The translations under genes and the position numbers were made by a program. A stretch of 62,000 nucleotides of DNA, the filler included, from Choristocarpus tenellus KU-1152 (Eukaryota > Protista > Phaeophyceae), in NCBI GenBank assembly GCA_964200185.2. It is 11 parts of 11 records of this genome, joined end to end, with 100 filler letters (N's around TTAATTAATTAA, not from the genome) between each part and the next. Parts side by side here need not be neighbours in the genome. Positions count along the whole stretch, not along the records: positions 1 to 15,415 come from CAXNAD020001003.1; 10 more parts are not named here. One strand, 5' to 3'. Shown here one piece after another: positions 1 to 11,300 of this stretch (its first letter is position 1; each line of letters starts with the position of its first letter). The notes under the pieces are model-generated. The model was not told the origin of the DNA. It did not search any database and saw only the letters and a list, made by a program, of their open reading frames with translations.

Positions 1-250
1 TAAAATTTCGGAATTTGGGAGGGTTTTTAATTTTTTTTTTGATCTGAGTTGGAACCAAGACCCCCCCCCCCCCCCCACCCCACTCTTGTCTAGACTCTTC
101 TTCACACTGGTTGTTGTTCCTCATTTCAGTCCCTTTTTAATGAATCCCGCCACTGGGTTGACACAATACATAATATTTAATAAACGAATGTGTTGTGTTG
201 CTTTGTGCTCCCTCTCTCTCTCTCTCCCTCTCTCTCTCTGGTTCTTCCAG

Positions 251-534
251 CTGGGGATCAGTTTGATCAAGTACTTCCCACAGGTGTTTCTAAATATGCG
301 CAGGCGAAGCACTACTGGATGGAATGTGTGGAATGTGATTTTGGACTTGACTGGAGGGATACTCAGTGTTTTGCAGGTAAGAAACAAGCAAGTAGTTCAT
401 GTTTATTATGACAATATTTGGACACGCATGCATATGACCTACCTTTTTTTAATTTCTGTCTTTGTATACGTGTGTTTGTCTTTTTTATTTTCAAAACTTT
501 GTGGACAGTGGTTGTAATATAGGGTGTGCAAATA

Positions 535-568
<34 letters not shown>

Positions 569-2799
569 TATGTGTGACACATGATTTCATCCCAAAGTAT
601 AAAATATAGTCATTTATGTTGTCCTTTGCAGTAGATGAGAAGAAATACATGGTAGTAGCCCCTTTGAAGGGTACTGTCTTCTTTCACAGCTGAGGGTTCC
701 ACTGAATCCGCATGACTATCAAACACCAGAACAACAAAAAAGTATATAATCTCATTTCTTGTTGTCAAAATACGTTTGCGGACTCTTGCATGGATGTGGC
801 ATGGATTTTCAAAAATGTTTCCATTTTGAACATATTTTTTCTTCACAAGAGCCTCCCTCCCCCCAGAAAGCAGGGCAGGTGAAACAAGATAATCTCAGTG
901 TGTCAAAATGATGTCTAGTCCCTGGGAGAGGGCCATCTGATCTTCTGATATTTATTGCATTATTGAGTTTTAAATTTTAAAATGGTATGTACAGCTACCT
1001 AAATTCCTCTGCAGATCCTAAATCCCGATGCTTATGTGTGTGTGTGTGTGTGTGTGTTATTTTTGCAGAGGTGAGGAGGCATCAACATGCATTCTTCACC
1101 ACAACGGGCAACCAATCTCTTCTTCAAGCCCTTTTCCTCTTGTGTTGTGTTTTTAGAACATTTAGAGACTACTTCAAAACTAGAGCACATATTCATTTCA
1201 CTGCAGTCATGCTTCAAGTCAGCTCACGATGCTGGGCCTGGGCCAAGGGTGATTACCTGCTCTGGAAACATGTATCTGAGGTGTACGTGAGGTTCCCCAG
1301 TTCATGATAACCATTCTATTACCCTCCTCACAGTTACACAACTATTTTATCCCTCCCATTCTTATCCCCCCACTCTATGAACTCAAAAATATATTGCTTG
1401 TCCACGTGCAGCTGGTGCTGGATTGCTACAACGTTGGAGACTGGAGTGGCATCCTTGGCTATCCTGTTAAGTTTGGACTTGGCTTTGTGAGTGTGTTCTT
1501 TGACCTAATCTTCTTGGCACAGGTGTGTAACACTACCTACCGTTCATTGGAGATACTCCAACGCAGTATGGGAGGAATAGGTAGAATAAGAAAGGGGGGG
1601 GGGGGAATTGATCAACTTTTGTTGTACTATTTCTTGGAGCTTACTTGATTTTACAGAGTGGTGTGATTCTTCAAATTCTACTCAAGAGTATTAGTGAGTA
1701 ATTTTATCATCCAAGTTTGTGTGTTGACTTGTAGTTGGTTATCAGTATTTTCTGGATGTGTTGTGTTTTGTTTTATTTATTTTACACCATCCCTCTTGTC
1801 CTCCCATGCCGTCACCACCCTACCCTCATTCCGTGGATGAAATGTTTGTTATTTTGCTCTGCAGATTAAGTGCTCGAGCTCCATTTCTGGACAAAATTAT
1901 ACACACCTTGTGCAGGCATGCATCTGCTGAGTTGAAGCTGTGATACCCCCTACCCAGATAATATTTTTGTTTCAATTAGACGACGAGTAGAGAGTTGTAG
2001 ATCAAAATTTAGGTCAAGGAGAGGCTGAGGTCTCTCATAAAGTCTGTTCTTTTTTACGATAGGTTGACTATATTTAGCACGTACTAATTCCTTTTTTTTC
2101 TATTGGGTTCTACCTAGAGCCTCTAACATGGTCAAGTGGTCTTTCCTTTTCAAGGAGAGCGTACCCGACTTGATTGAGGTAATTTTGTATGTGATGATAT
2201 ACCACTGTAATGCATCCCTTCCTTGCTTCACACCAGTCCAACCTACTGGACAACTGTGTAACTAACTTTTGCTCCTCCACCAAGCTGTAACATTCATCGA
2301 ATGAAAAGATGAGTTTGCGTCCGTATCTCCAAGGTCTTGCCAACCAAAAAGATGAAAACTATGTATCGGATATTTTATTCAGGAGAGGAGAGTTGAGGGT
2401 GACTACAATAATCTTTCCACTAGTAAGGCAAGTGTAAATAAACTATTGGCTAGGTATGACACACACAGCAGTCAACTATAGTCACTTAAACTGTTTTTCC
2501 ATCTACTGACATCCCCCCATCCCCCTACTACCTCAACACTCAAATTGATGTGATGTTTTCAGCACTACCTGATCTACCCCGAAGGTAAAAGCCACAGGTA
2601 TGGGGGTGTCTGTAGGCCTCTACTGGGGGAATACCAGGAAGATGACAACATGGAAGATGGAAAATCTGAATCTTCTGGTCCTGCCGATGCTTACGCAATT
2701 CGGCCATCGATGCTTGGTCGAGATCTCAATTATGGGGACTTCGGGCTTTCTCCACCCCCTCCATCCCGGCGTATTGCATACCCCACTTCAAATGGGTAG
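251..2799 (+). CDS. CTNS: Cystinosin-like PQ-loop lysosomal transporter, 3' part (exons 251-376, 1412-1522, 2563-2799); 5' exons lie outside the window
   Basis: Spliced peptide LGISLIKYFPQVFLNMRRRSTTGWNVWNVILDLTGGILSVLQ / LVLDCYNVGDWSGILGYPVKFGLGFVSVFFDLIFLAQ / HYLIYP... matches the second PQ-loop and last TM helices of cystinosin. GT-AG boundaries, frame kept, TAG at 2797-2799. Confidence 0.9.
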
Positions 2800-4007
2800 A
2801 AGGAAAGAAGATTTCTCTTGAACGATGTGGAGCTCTAGTGCAATTGATTGATTCCACTGCTGAGTGCGTTGAGTTTATTTTTTAGTTGCATGAAATGCAT
2901 TGCGGTTTGATTACGAGGAGTTAATTGTGCATGCAATTGCAGTAGTATAGTAGGTGCGTTGGTTATTATAGAGATGTATGGATCGATTCGCTGTTGTATA
3001 GGATATGTCACAATGAACAATATTTTTTGGTAGGTGGAATTGATGGCATGCTCATGGAGTGTGAAAATTATGGGTTTTTTTAATGTGCCTTTTTTTAGTT
3101 CAATGCGCTTCTTTTTCGAGGATTTGATTCTTGTGCTGGCATTGTATAACATCCTTTCCCAGAGAGTGCTTCACAACGTGACCTCGAACTCTTGAGGTGG
3201 TTACCACTTTCCTTGGAGTGTACAGATATGATGGAGAAACAGCTTTAATTTTTTTTATGGGTCCAACATAGTATTAGTTACTATACATGACTATACCTGG
3301 GTATCTTAATCCATATGTTAACCCACAGTTTTGTTGTCCATGCTTGTTGCTCTCCATTGCTTGTGGGAAGTGCTTACTTGTAGGTAGGTACACTGACCCT
3401 CGCCTGCTGATACTCATAGCTTTTTAGAGCAGCATATTATACTCCAGAACACTTGCATGGCAAACGCCTTCTAAGTGTTAATTGTGAGGTGCATGCATGA
3501 CAGGAGTACTCTACAGTTGTGATTCACTGTGTTCTTCAAGGGGATGGCTCATGTCATGTTTTGTCGTCAACACAGGTGGTACGAATGCCAGGACAAACAA
3601 AACAAACAAAACAGGGTACTCTTGCTGTCTACCCAAATATTACAGCTCCCTGAGGTATCAGCACAGATCAGGGGTAGGGTCTTGAAAATCTCAGCATAAA
3701 AATTCGCTGGAGTGGACTTTCAAAATTTTGGTTGCAACACTGTGATTGAGAGGAGGGTAACAACTGCTATGGATAATGCATTGAGGAGTCCATGCTGCTG
3801 TATCTGCTGTATGAGGGCATTGTGTCACGATCTATTCTTCAAAGGTGCAGCAGGAAGGAAGGAAACATGACATGTCAGAAAACAATGCTTCAGATTCAAG
3901 GCAACCAATTTTGCTCCTTCTGCACACAGAGCAATGGGTGAGGGAGTGAGAAAATGATTCTTTGCCCATCCTCTTGCCCTTGTTCACAGCACTCCCTTGG
4001 ATGATGT

Positions 4008-6667
4008 TCACCTGCTTGGATCTTTTCTAGAGGCAGTTTCGGCCTCTTCAGTGTCAGAGGAGTCTCCCTCCCCAGTCCTTCCCAACAAAGACTCGTTTGC
4101 TACAAGTAGGTTAGGGCATCTTGCAAGACCCTGCAAGAAGTTGTAGAGAACGAACTTATGGTCAAAGTCCATATCGTGCCAGTAGTTGACTGCAATGGTT
4201 AGGCCCTTCTGTTCAACCTGGTGATACCACAGTGAAGGTAGGTACAAAATTTCCTGCAGAGTGACAAAATCAAAGCTGCAGTTAATGAGGCAAAGTGAAG
4301 TAGAATAGGTTACACATTTTGTAGTGCCTTCCACAGGTACAGGTTTGGTAGTCTCAGCCAAGTACATTGGGAAACTTGTCTAGTGTTCTAGTTGAAGAAT
4401 GAAGAAAAGCAAAGTCATGCTCAATATACAGTACACAGTAAGTACACCCATAGAACGAAGGCAACAGATAACCAGGATAAGAAGAGCAAGTACCACAATG
4501 CACTATGAATCATTTTGGCCGATACAAAGAATAGACTGCACTCTGGAAGAGCTTGAAAGCAACACACACACACACACATTAAAAAACGTCACTTACTTGC
4601 ATACCAACTAGAGAGAGCAGCATCATTCTTTAAAGCGATATATACATATATATATATACGAATAGGTTGATTGTTGACTGATAACTTTCTTGCACTCATC
4701 ATTGCTTTTGATCAACGCCTCCAAAATAAGGAATACACAGTACTGAAAATGAAGGTTCTGTTTTCACCGAAACAATCACAAAGCAACTTCTCAAGCAGTG
4801 CGTACCCTACTCACTGAAACTTGCAAGAATCAACACACGAAAATATATATAGCCTCATTCATGGAACCAGTCCTCACCCCTGCTTGTACAGTGCACTGGA
4901 TCGGAGATGCATAGCGGAAGAGAGGATGCCTTGTGAGGTCTGGGCAGGCCGGATCTGTCATACCCACACCAGGAGAGGTGGGAGGGAGCATTTTGTCTCA
5001 CCCTACATTTGTGTTCCATATAAATTGGGTATGTATTGTTATTGTTGGATCCCTAACTCTAATCAAATATAATTTGAAGTAACAATGTTCCTTACAAGTG
5101 TGATAAGCAGTTGTGGTAGATTATACTCATTAGGGTTAGGGTTAGAAATTAGAAAAACCTTGAAAAAAAGAGATTAGCGTACCAAATATGGTCCTGAAAT
5201 TAGACCCTGGGAGAGAAGTACTTAAGAGTAAGCCACAAGGCCAACTACATGTGCTGTTGCCATGCAGAGGGTACATCAGCAGCACACAATGTGTTGCTAC
5301 TTCTATCACCCGTCCTACTGGTGTCTTTGTGGACACACATACAGGCAGGCTCACCCACAGGACTCCAATTAACACTCCCTTCCTCCAGGAGCACATTAAA
5401 AGCTCCCCTCTCGGCGTCTTGCTGGTACCGAGCCTGGGGATACAGTTGCTCGTAGAGGAACATGACGTCTGATGGTGGCAACAGCGTGAATTGCTTCTCT
5501 CCACGCACAACACAGTACATGTTCTGTAGGGGGCATTTGGGGAATGGTGAGGAGAACTGTGATAGCGGATTCTCACTTGGCAATAGGGATCATCTGTGAC
5601 GATAGGCCATTCCCTTTCTAAGAGAGCACAAGCAGACACTAGAAAATATAGTACGGTCGGCATTGTGTAAAGCCCTTGTGTGTTGCGTGCACTTTAACAG
5701 AACAGGTGCAAACACTGCATAAGAGCTCACCACTCTTTAAGAATTTTGGCATGTCAGAGCGAAGGCATGGGCTTCAGCTACATGTGCACAGCAAGAATTG
5801 GAAAAGGGTTATTTACCTTGTAGTTATGATGTGGCAGGGGAGCTTAAATAACACCCCAAACGTGACATCAACCAAGTTCGCATCGACCACATTTATCGGC
5901 GAGTTTCTTTTATGTTTGTACCTCATAGTGATCCTTGTGCACTGAGGAGACCGCGCGGTCATCCCCAATCCACAGATTAACTGCATCTGGTTCATTACCG
6001 AACGCCTCTTTGGCGAAACCCAAACAAGGCTCCACATCTCTTGCAAGCACAGGGAAGTCTGCTCTCAGGCAATCATTCTGGGTAGACAGCAGTTGGGTTG
6101 AGGGGATACTCTGAGATATCATCGAATGTCTGCAAAGTCTTGAGAAAAGGGCGGCGAAAGAGTTGTCGGTGTGGTGTGCAGAACATGTGAACCCTGGACA
6201 GGTTGGTAGGAGTCATAGGCATCAGACAGACCAAGACCAGACAAAGACCATACCTGATGCGACAAATAGGGGACGCCGCAGTGGCCAGATGTATTTGAAA
6301 TCAGGTCAACGAAGGTATCAAACGTCATCCTGCGCTCCTCGGGCTTCACGAAGACCAGCGCCCCATCCTGTTCAACCACACAATCTCCTCTACCGTCAGG
6401 GGTGATATTCACCGTCACCTCAAGCTTTGCTTGCTCCTGGCGAAGTGATGCCAGATCCCAAGCACGAGTTGCTCGCCAACTCTTCATGCCTCCTTCGATG
6501 ATCACTGGTGTATTCTTGCTCACAAAATCCTTGAAAAATGTCAGTGCAGATGGCATGGTTTTTAATCTTTGAACATCTCTCCTTGCCCAGAATGACTTTG
6601 TGTCATCCTGCAGCTGCTCCAAAACCTCCAGCACATCACCACTGTCCTTCCCGTCACCAATTACCAT
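4008..6667 (-). CDS. JMJD7: JMJD7-like JmjC (cupin-8) 2-oxoglutarate/Fe(II) hydroxylase, complete, about 353 aa (exons 6667-6254, 6077-5922, 5523-5355, 4954-4878, 4253-4008)
   Basis: Motifs [71 protein letters not shown] (HxD Fe ligands), GEILYLPSLWYHQV (distal His), IAVNYWHDM. All introns GT-AG; exon lengths sum to 1062 nt in frame. Confidence 0.93.
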
Positions 6668-6852
6668 CGCGCAGAACTGTGGTCAGCATGAAATGTGTGA
6701 GGGCAATGGGCATTCATATCTGCACAGACCAACAACACCCATTTTGGTAAGGAATGGGATTTGGACAATTTTTTTCAATATTTTCTCCATCATTTGAACT
6801 TCTCTCACCTTTCATAATTCACAATAAACCAGGAACTGGCTACTGGAAGGGG
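6668..6852. promoter_or_regulatory. Putative bidirectional promoter/5' UTR region between divergent JMJD7 and PTPS-like genes
   Basis: Only 185 bp separate the two start codons on opposite strands; AT-rich core at about 6760-6830. Confidence 0.55.
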
Positions 6853-7655
6853 ATGGCTGTGGTACGAGTAATCATGGCGCGCTTGCTCACCCTAGTGATC
6901 GCATTTCTGGCATGTGCTTGGGCCTATCATCCTGTGAGCGGCGGCGGTGGCTATTCGTTGGGCATACGCGATTCAATCATGATCGCTCACAGTTTCAAGG
7001 GGGAGGAATTCGGCCCAGCCCAGCAGGTGTTTCCAACTTCCCAGTGCCTCAATGTAGATGTGTTTCTGGAGGATGGCCAACGCGTACCCATCAACGCACA
7101 CCCACTTCACTTTTGATACCATCCATTCTCGTTAATACTGGTACTGTTGTATCATTGGGGTGAATCTTAAAGAACCACCTGATCTGCAACCCCCCCACCA
7201 TTACGCTCTCTTCGTAGGTTCACGGGGCGACGTATACGGTTGATGTCGAATTCAAGAGCGATGCGTTGGCCCCTAAGTCTAACTGGGTGATTGACATTGG
7301 AGCTGCTTCAGATATGCTTTCAGAAATTCTCGCCAAATACAACTTCAAGAACCTGGACGAGCTTTTCCCAGAAGAGAACACCACCACTGAGTTCATGTGC
7401 AAGGTTGGTTCAGACCTTGGAGCGTAAGAGATCTACTTGAAGCTATTGCTGTCTGTGAAGGGGACAAATCGGACCTTCCTAACCTTGTGCCTTCGCTATC
7501 TTATTCGCACACACCCTGTTGGATGCGCGTTCCAGGTTATCTTCGACGAGATGGCAGCCAGGTGTAAGGCTTTCCACGGGTCGCTCTGTATCAAGCTGTG
7601 GGAAAGTCATAAGGCGTGGGCATGCTACGAGGGAGAACTTGAAGGAGAAGAATGA
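6853..7655 (+). CDS. 6-pyruvoyl-tetrahydropterin synthase/QueD (COG0720, T-fold) family protein of the bacterial SCO6650/PTPS-IV type, with N-terminal signal peptide, about 159 aa (exons 6853-7026, 7218-7403, 7536-7655)
   Basis: Spliced product ...YSLGIRDSIMIAHSFKGEEFGPAQQ/VHGATYTVDVEFKSDALAPKSNWVIDIGAASDMLSEILAKYNFKNLDELFPEENTTTEFMCK/VIFDEMAARCKAFHGSLCIKLWESHKAWACYEG. Hydrophobic leader MARLLTLVIAFLACAWA. GT-AG introns, 480 nt in frame. Alternative start ATG at 6874. Confidence 0.88.
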
Positions 7656-8365
7656 CGTGAGCTCCGAACCTGAAACTGACTTGCTGGGTTATGTTTGAAG
7701 TTCATTCTCTGCATTGAACCTTGCGGATATCATTGATGTTTAGGGAAAGAGAAAGGTGTGATTTTTCAGAGATAACCATCACCTTTCACGAAGTACGTGC
7801 AACTGGAACTATAGTGCAAAGGAATGCTGATCATCCTCATCAGTAGTAGGAGTGATGGTGATTGTTGACGGCTAGGAACCTTGAAGCACACTTGATGCCT
7901 ATAAAGAATTATAGCACCTGAAGATACACAATTCCATCATGAACACACGAACGGAATTTGTGTTTCACTCAGACCAGCACAACCTCCCCCTCTCTGCTTA
8001 GCAGTAGGCGGAGACATTTTCTGAACACAAATAGGGATGAGATGCACCACCAAAACAGGGACTAACCAAGCAAAAGGATCTCACCAAGGGAGCAACATCC
8101 CCAACTGCTCTGCCTCAACCCCACTACACCACACGGTAAACATGTCTCAAATATGCCTGCTAGTTAACATTGCACTCCAATGTACATTTACAAGCGCAGG
8201 CAGGGAGCACACACAGATAATAAATGGACACAACAGACACTACAAAACACTACAACCTGGTAATTCTCTCTACCCACGTCCACTGAGAGAGGGGTAGGGT
8301 AAGCTATGAAGGCATGTGACCATACAGGTTGATGTGCACAGTGGAGGACACCTCCAAAAATGCAA

Positions 8366-11300
8366 TCAAGTTGCCATTTCCTTGGCAGAGAAGACAGCAT
8401 ATGCCTCATTGACAGCCTCAAACACACGTTTGGCAATGAGCCTTCCTTCAGAATTGAGATCAGTGCACTTGTCAGGGTGCACCACAAGCATGGCCTTGCG
8501 GTAGGCCATCTTCACCTTTGAAGTTTGGGACAAGAAAAAAATTACACAATGATATGAGTGTTTTGCAGACAGCACATGATAAGTTTGCACTATGGTGTTT
8601 TGATAGCATTGGTGCTGCCTCACAATTTAGCAGTACACAATTCCAAGTGTTTAAACATGTGATTTTGTTTATAGTTCAACCAAAATTCTACCCAACTATG
8701 TTATCCCCACCAATGTCTCACTGACCAATACAAAAGCAATGGAAGTAGTGAGTAGTGAGTACCAGAATGGTACACAACAGCAGTCAACGGTTTCTGACAA
8801 GGAAAAGGTAAGGTAAAGCAAGGTACCTGAAATGCCAGATGGTACAACATTGGATGTGCAACGATTTCATAACCAAACATAAGGTTTACTGAAGTGCATA
8901 CAAAACATTCTCCAAGTGTGACCCTCTGCAATGTTATGTTTATGTAGAAAAACCAGAGTTTATAGGGTTTTTGTGTATTGGAAGGCACTATTTGATAATT
9001 GATACTGTGTAGTCGTTGCCATGTGGGGTTGAAATGTTGTTTCTAACTAGAAACCCTCCCAACCAAGCGCAACATGACCCTCAAATTGGAGTCCTGCAGC
9101 AAATACTCCACTTCACACAACCCTAACCAGTGATTGACACAACATACACAGGGTTAAGGCGTACCTAATATTTGGTAGAGTTTAATGCAAGAGGGAACCC
9201 CATTCAACACAAAAGATTCTCAGTAACACTGTTAACGGAACTTGAACTGCTTCCATACCTTAGATGGCTGTATCAGATCCCCCATAGATGTCTGCTTCCA
9301 GCGGCACCCTTCCCAGAGCACCTGCCCCAATGGGTAACAACATCAATGGAAGGGACATCACGAACAGTACATTCACATTTTCAAAAAATGAGTAACTGTT
9401 TCTTTAAAAATACACTTACGAAATATTTTTTAAAATGTCCATCGTTTAAAGCAGTAAAACACTGATCTGCTTCCAACTATATGACAGGAGCATGAGGCAT
9501 ACACTTCACATAATATTCCACCACAAGACAGTTGGACAATGAATTCTTTCAAACATATCATGTACTTAGTCTTTGACAAGATCAAGGCAATCTATTAATA
9601 CGCCGATCAATAAACCATTCCAAACCCAAACACATGTCATTAGCGTTCGCACCGTGTGCATGGTTGACAGAAGGGTACGTATATTCCGCTTCTTGCCATG
9701 ATCTTCTGACCACACAGTCAAAGTTGCATCATGCTTTACTCTAGCAGCATCCATCTCATCCTGCTCCTTCAGCGCCGCTGCATCTATGTCCTATTAAGAG
9801 ACACCAGAAGCAATCCAGCCATGATGCATGGGAAATAGAACCATCTTCACACCCATCTATGCTGTTGTTTCAAGAGGCAGGAAGGCATTATCCACCACCA
9901 ACATTATGAAGACTGCACCTTCAATACAAGATCTTGCTACGGAGCACCATTAACCATATAGAACTGGGTTTAGGAGTAACACATGTACGTAAACTAAAAC
10001 ATAACATACAACATGACTCAGGAAATGTGTCTTGACACGGCAAGGATACTTGTTTCTGATCAATTAAGGTGCTTCCTGTGACATAGATCGTGAGATGAGA
10101 GCAATACAGTAGGGCCTCAACATTGTTTAATCATGGATAAAAGCATACATCTATTTTCACACAGATATCCATGCAGTTTCAGACATGTTGATAATTCGAT
10201 TGAAGGTGCAAGAATATGGTGAGTATAAAGGTAACCAAATAGATAGAGAGGTCTTTACACCTCTGGTATTGCACAACACGGCACTCACACTTGCTGCATG
10301 AAACAAGGCTCAACCTCACCCTTATTCCTTCAAACACCCTCAGTGCCAACAAGTCAAACAATCTGCAAATGCTGTTGTCATCACCTTCTTGAACTGCACT
10401 GCCTTCTGTGTGTCCTCCGCTAGTTTCCTCTCTCTCTCTTCCATCTTGGCCCTCACGTAGGCAGATTTAGCCACCTTTTCCCCTGTACCCACACCATTTG
10501 CTGCGTCTCTGCCACCAATAACATCCATAAGGTCCTTTCCAGGGGTTGCATAACCAGGTGGAGCACCACTTGAATTTTTGTTAGCAACGACACTTGGACG
10601 GGTGGTACCAACATTCGCTGGACCTCCTACTCCTCCCATACCTATTCCCCCCATGGTTCCTGCTGTGCAGAGAGGTGCCGCGGACGTGGGTGAGCCCACT
10701 GGTGGGGGAGGGGGGGGCACACGTACACCCCAGTGGTTAAGGCCCTTCTCACCATTCCTTGTCCTTGCTTGCTGTGCATTACCACTTCCACTTGCATCTT
10801 GCTCTTGGTCAAAGTTTAGTAGGTCGCCCCCACTCCCCCCCTTGACCTCGTCACCCTGGGGGAAACAAGGTGGAAGCAAATAACGCAGTAGTACAGCCCA
10901 CAACAAATCAGGGACAAAATGTCATTTAGCAAAACGTGATCAACTATGTTGAAAGACTCCACAGTAACATACACTTCTCCCACACCGTGTGGATGAACTC
11001 ATCATATATCCACAAAAGCACAGGCACTCTATCAGGATCTTACACCTGGCCGAGTAACTGACAGGGCTGAACCATGATCTGACTTGGATCTGACTTGGTA
11101 AGAGTGTTTTCAAAACAGCCAGAAGAGCACCATAGAAATTTTAGCAGGGTCAGGCTGTGAGTCAACTAGGTAAAAACATATTTGAAAGGGCTAGGTCAGA
11201 ACCTTTCACAGTCAAAAAAGGGCCGGGTTTCAGAAGGCTCAGAAAAAGCAATATTTTGAAAGTACCCACCCAGTTTTGTTTGCTACTCAGCTATCCTCAC

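Noticed and set aside
6853-7655. Bacterial contamination as the source of the PTPS-like gene
   Set aside because: It has two GT-AG introns and is contiguous, without a gap, with intron-rich eukaryotic genes on both sides.
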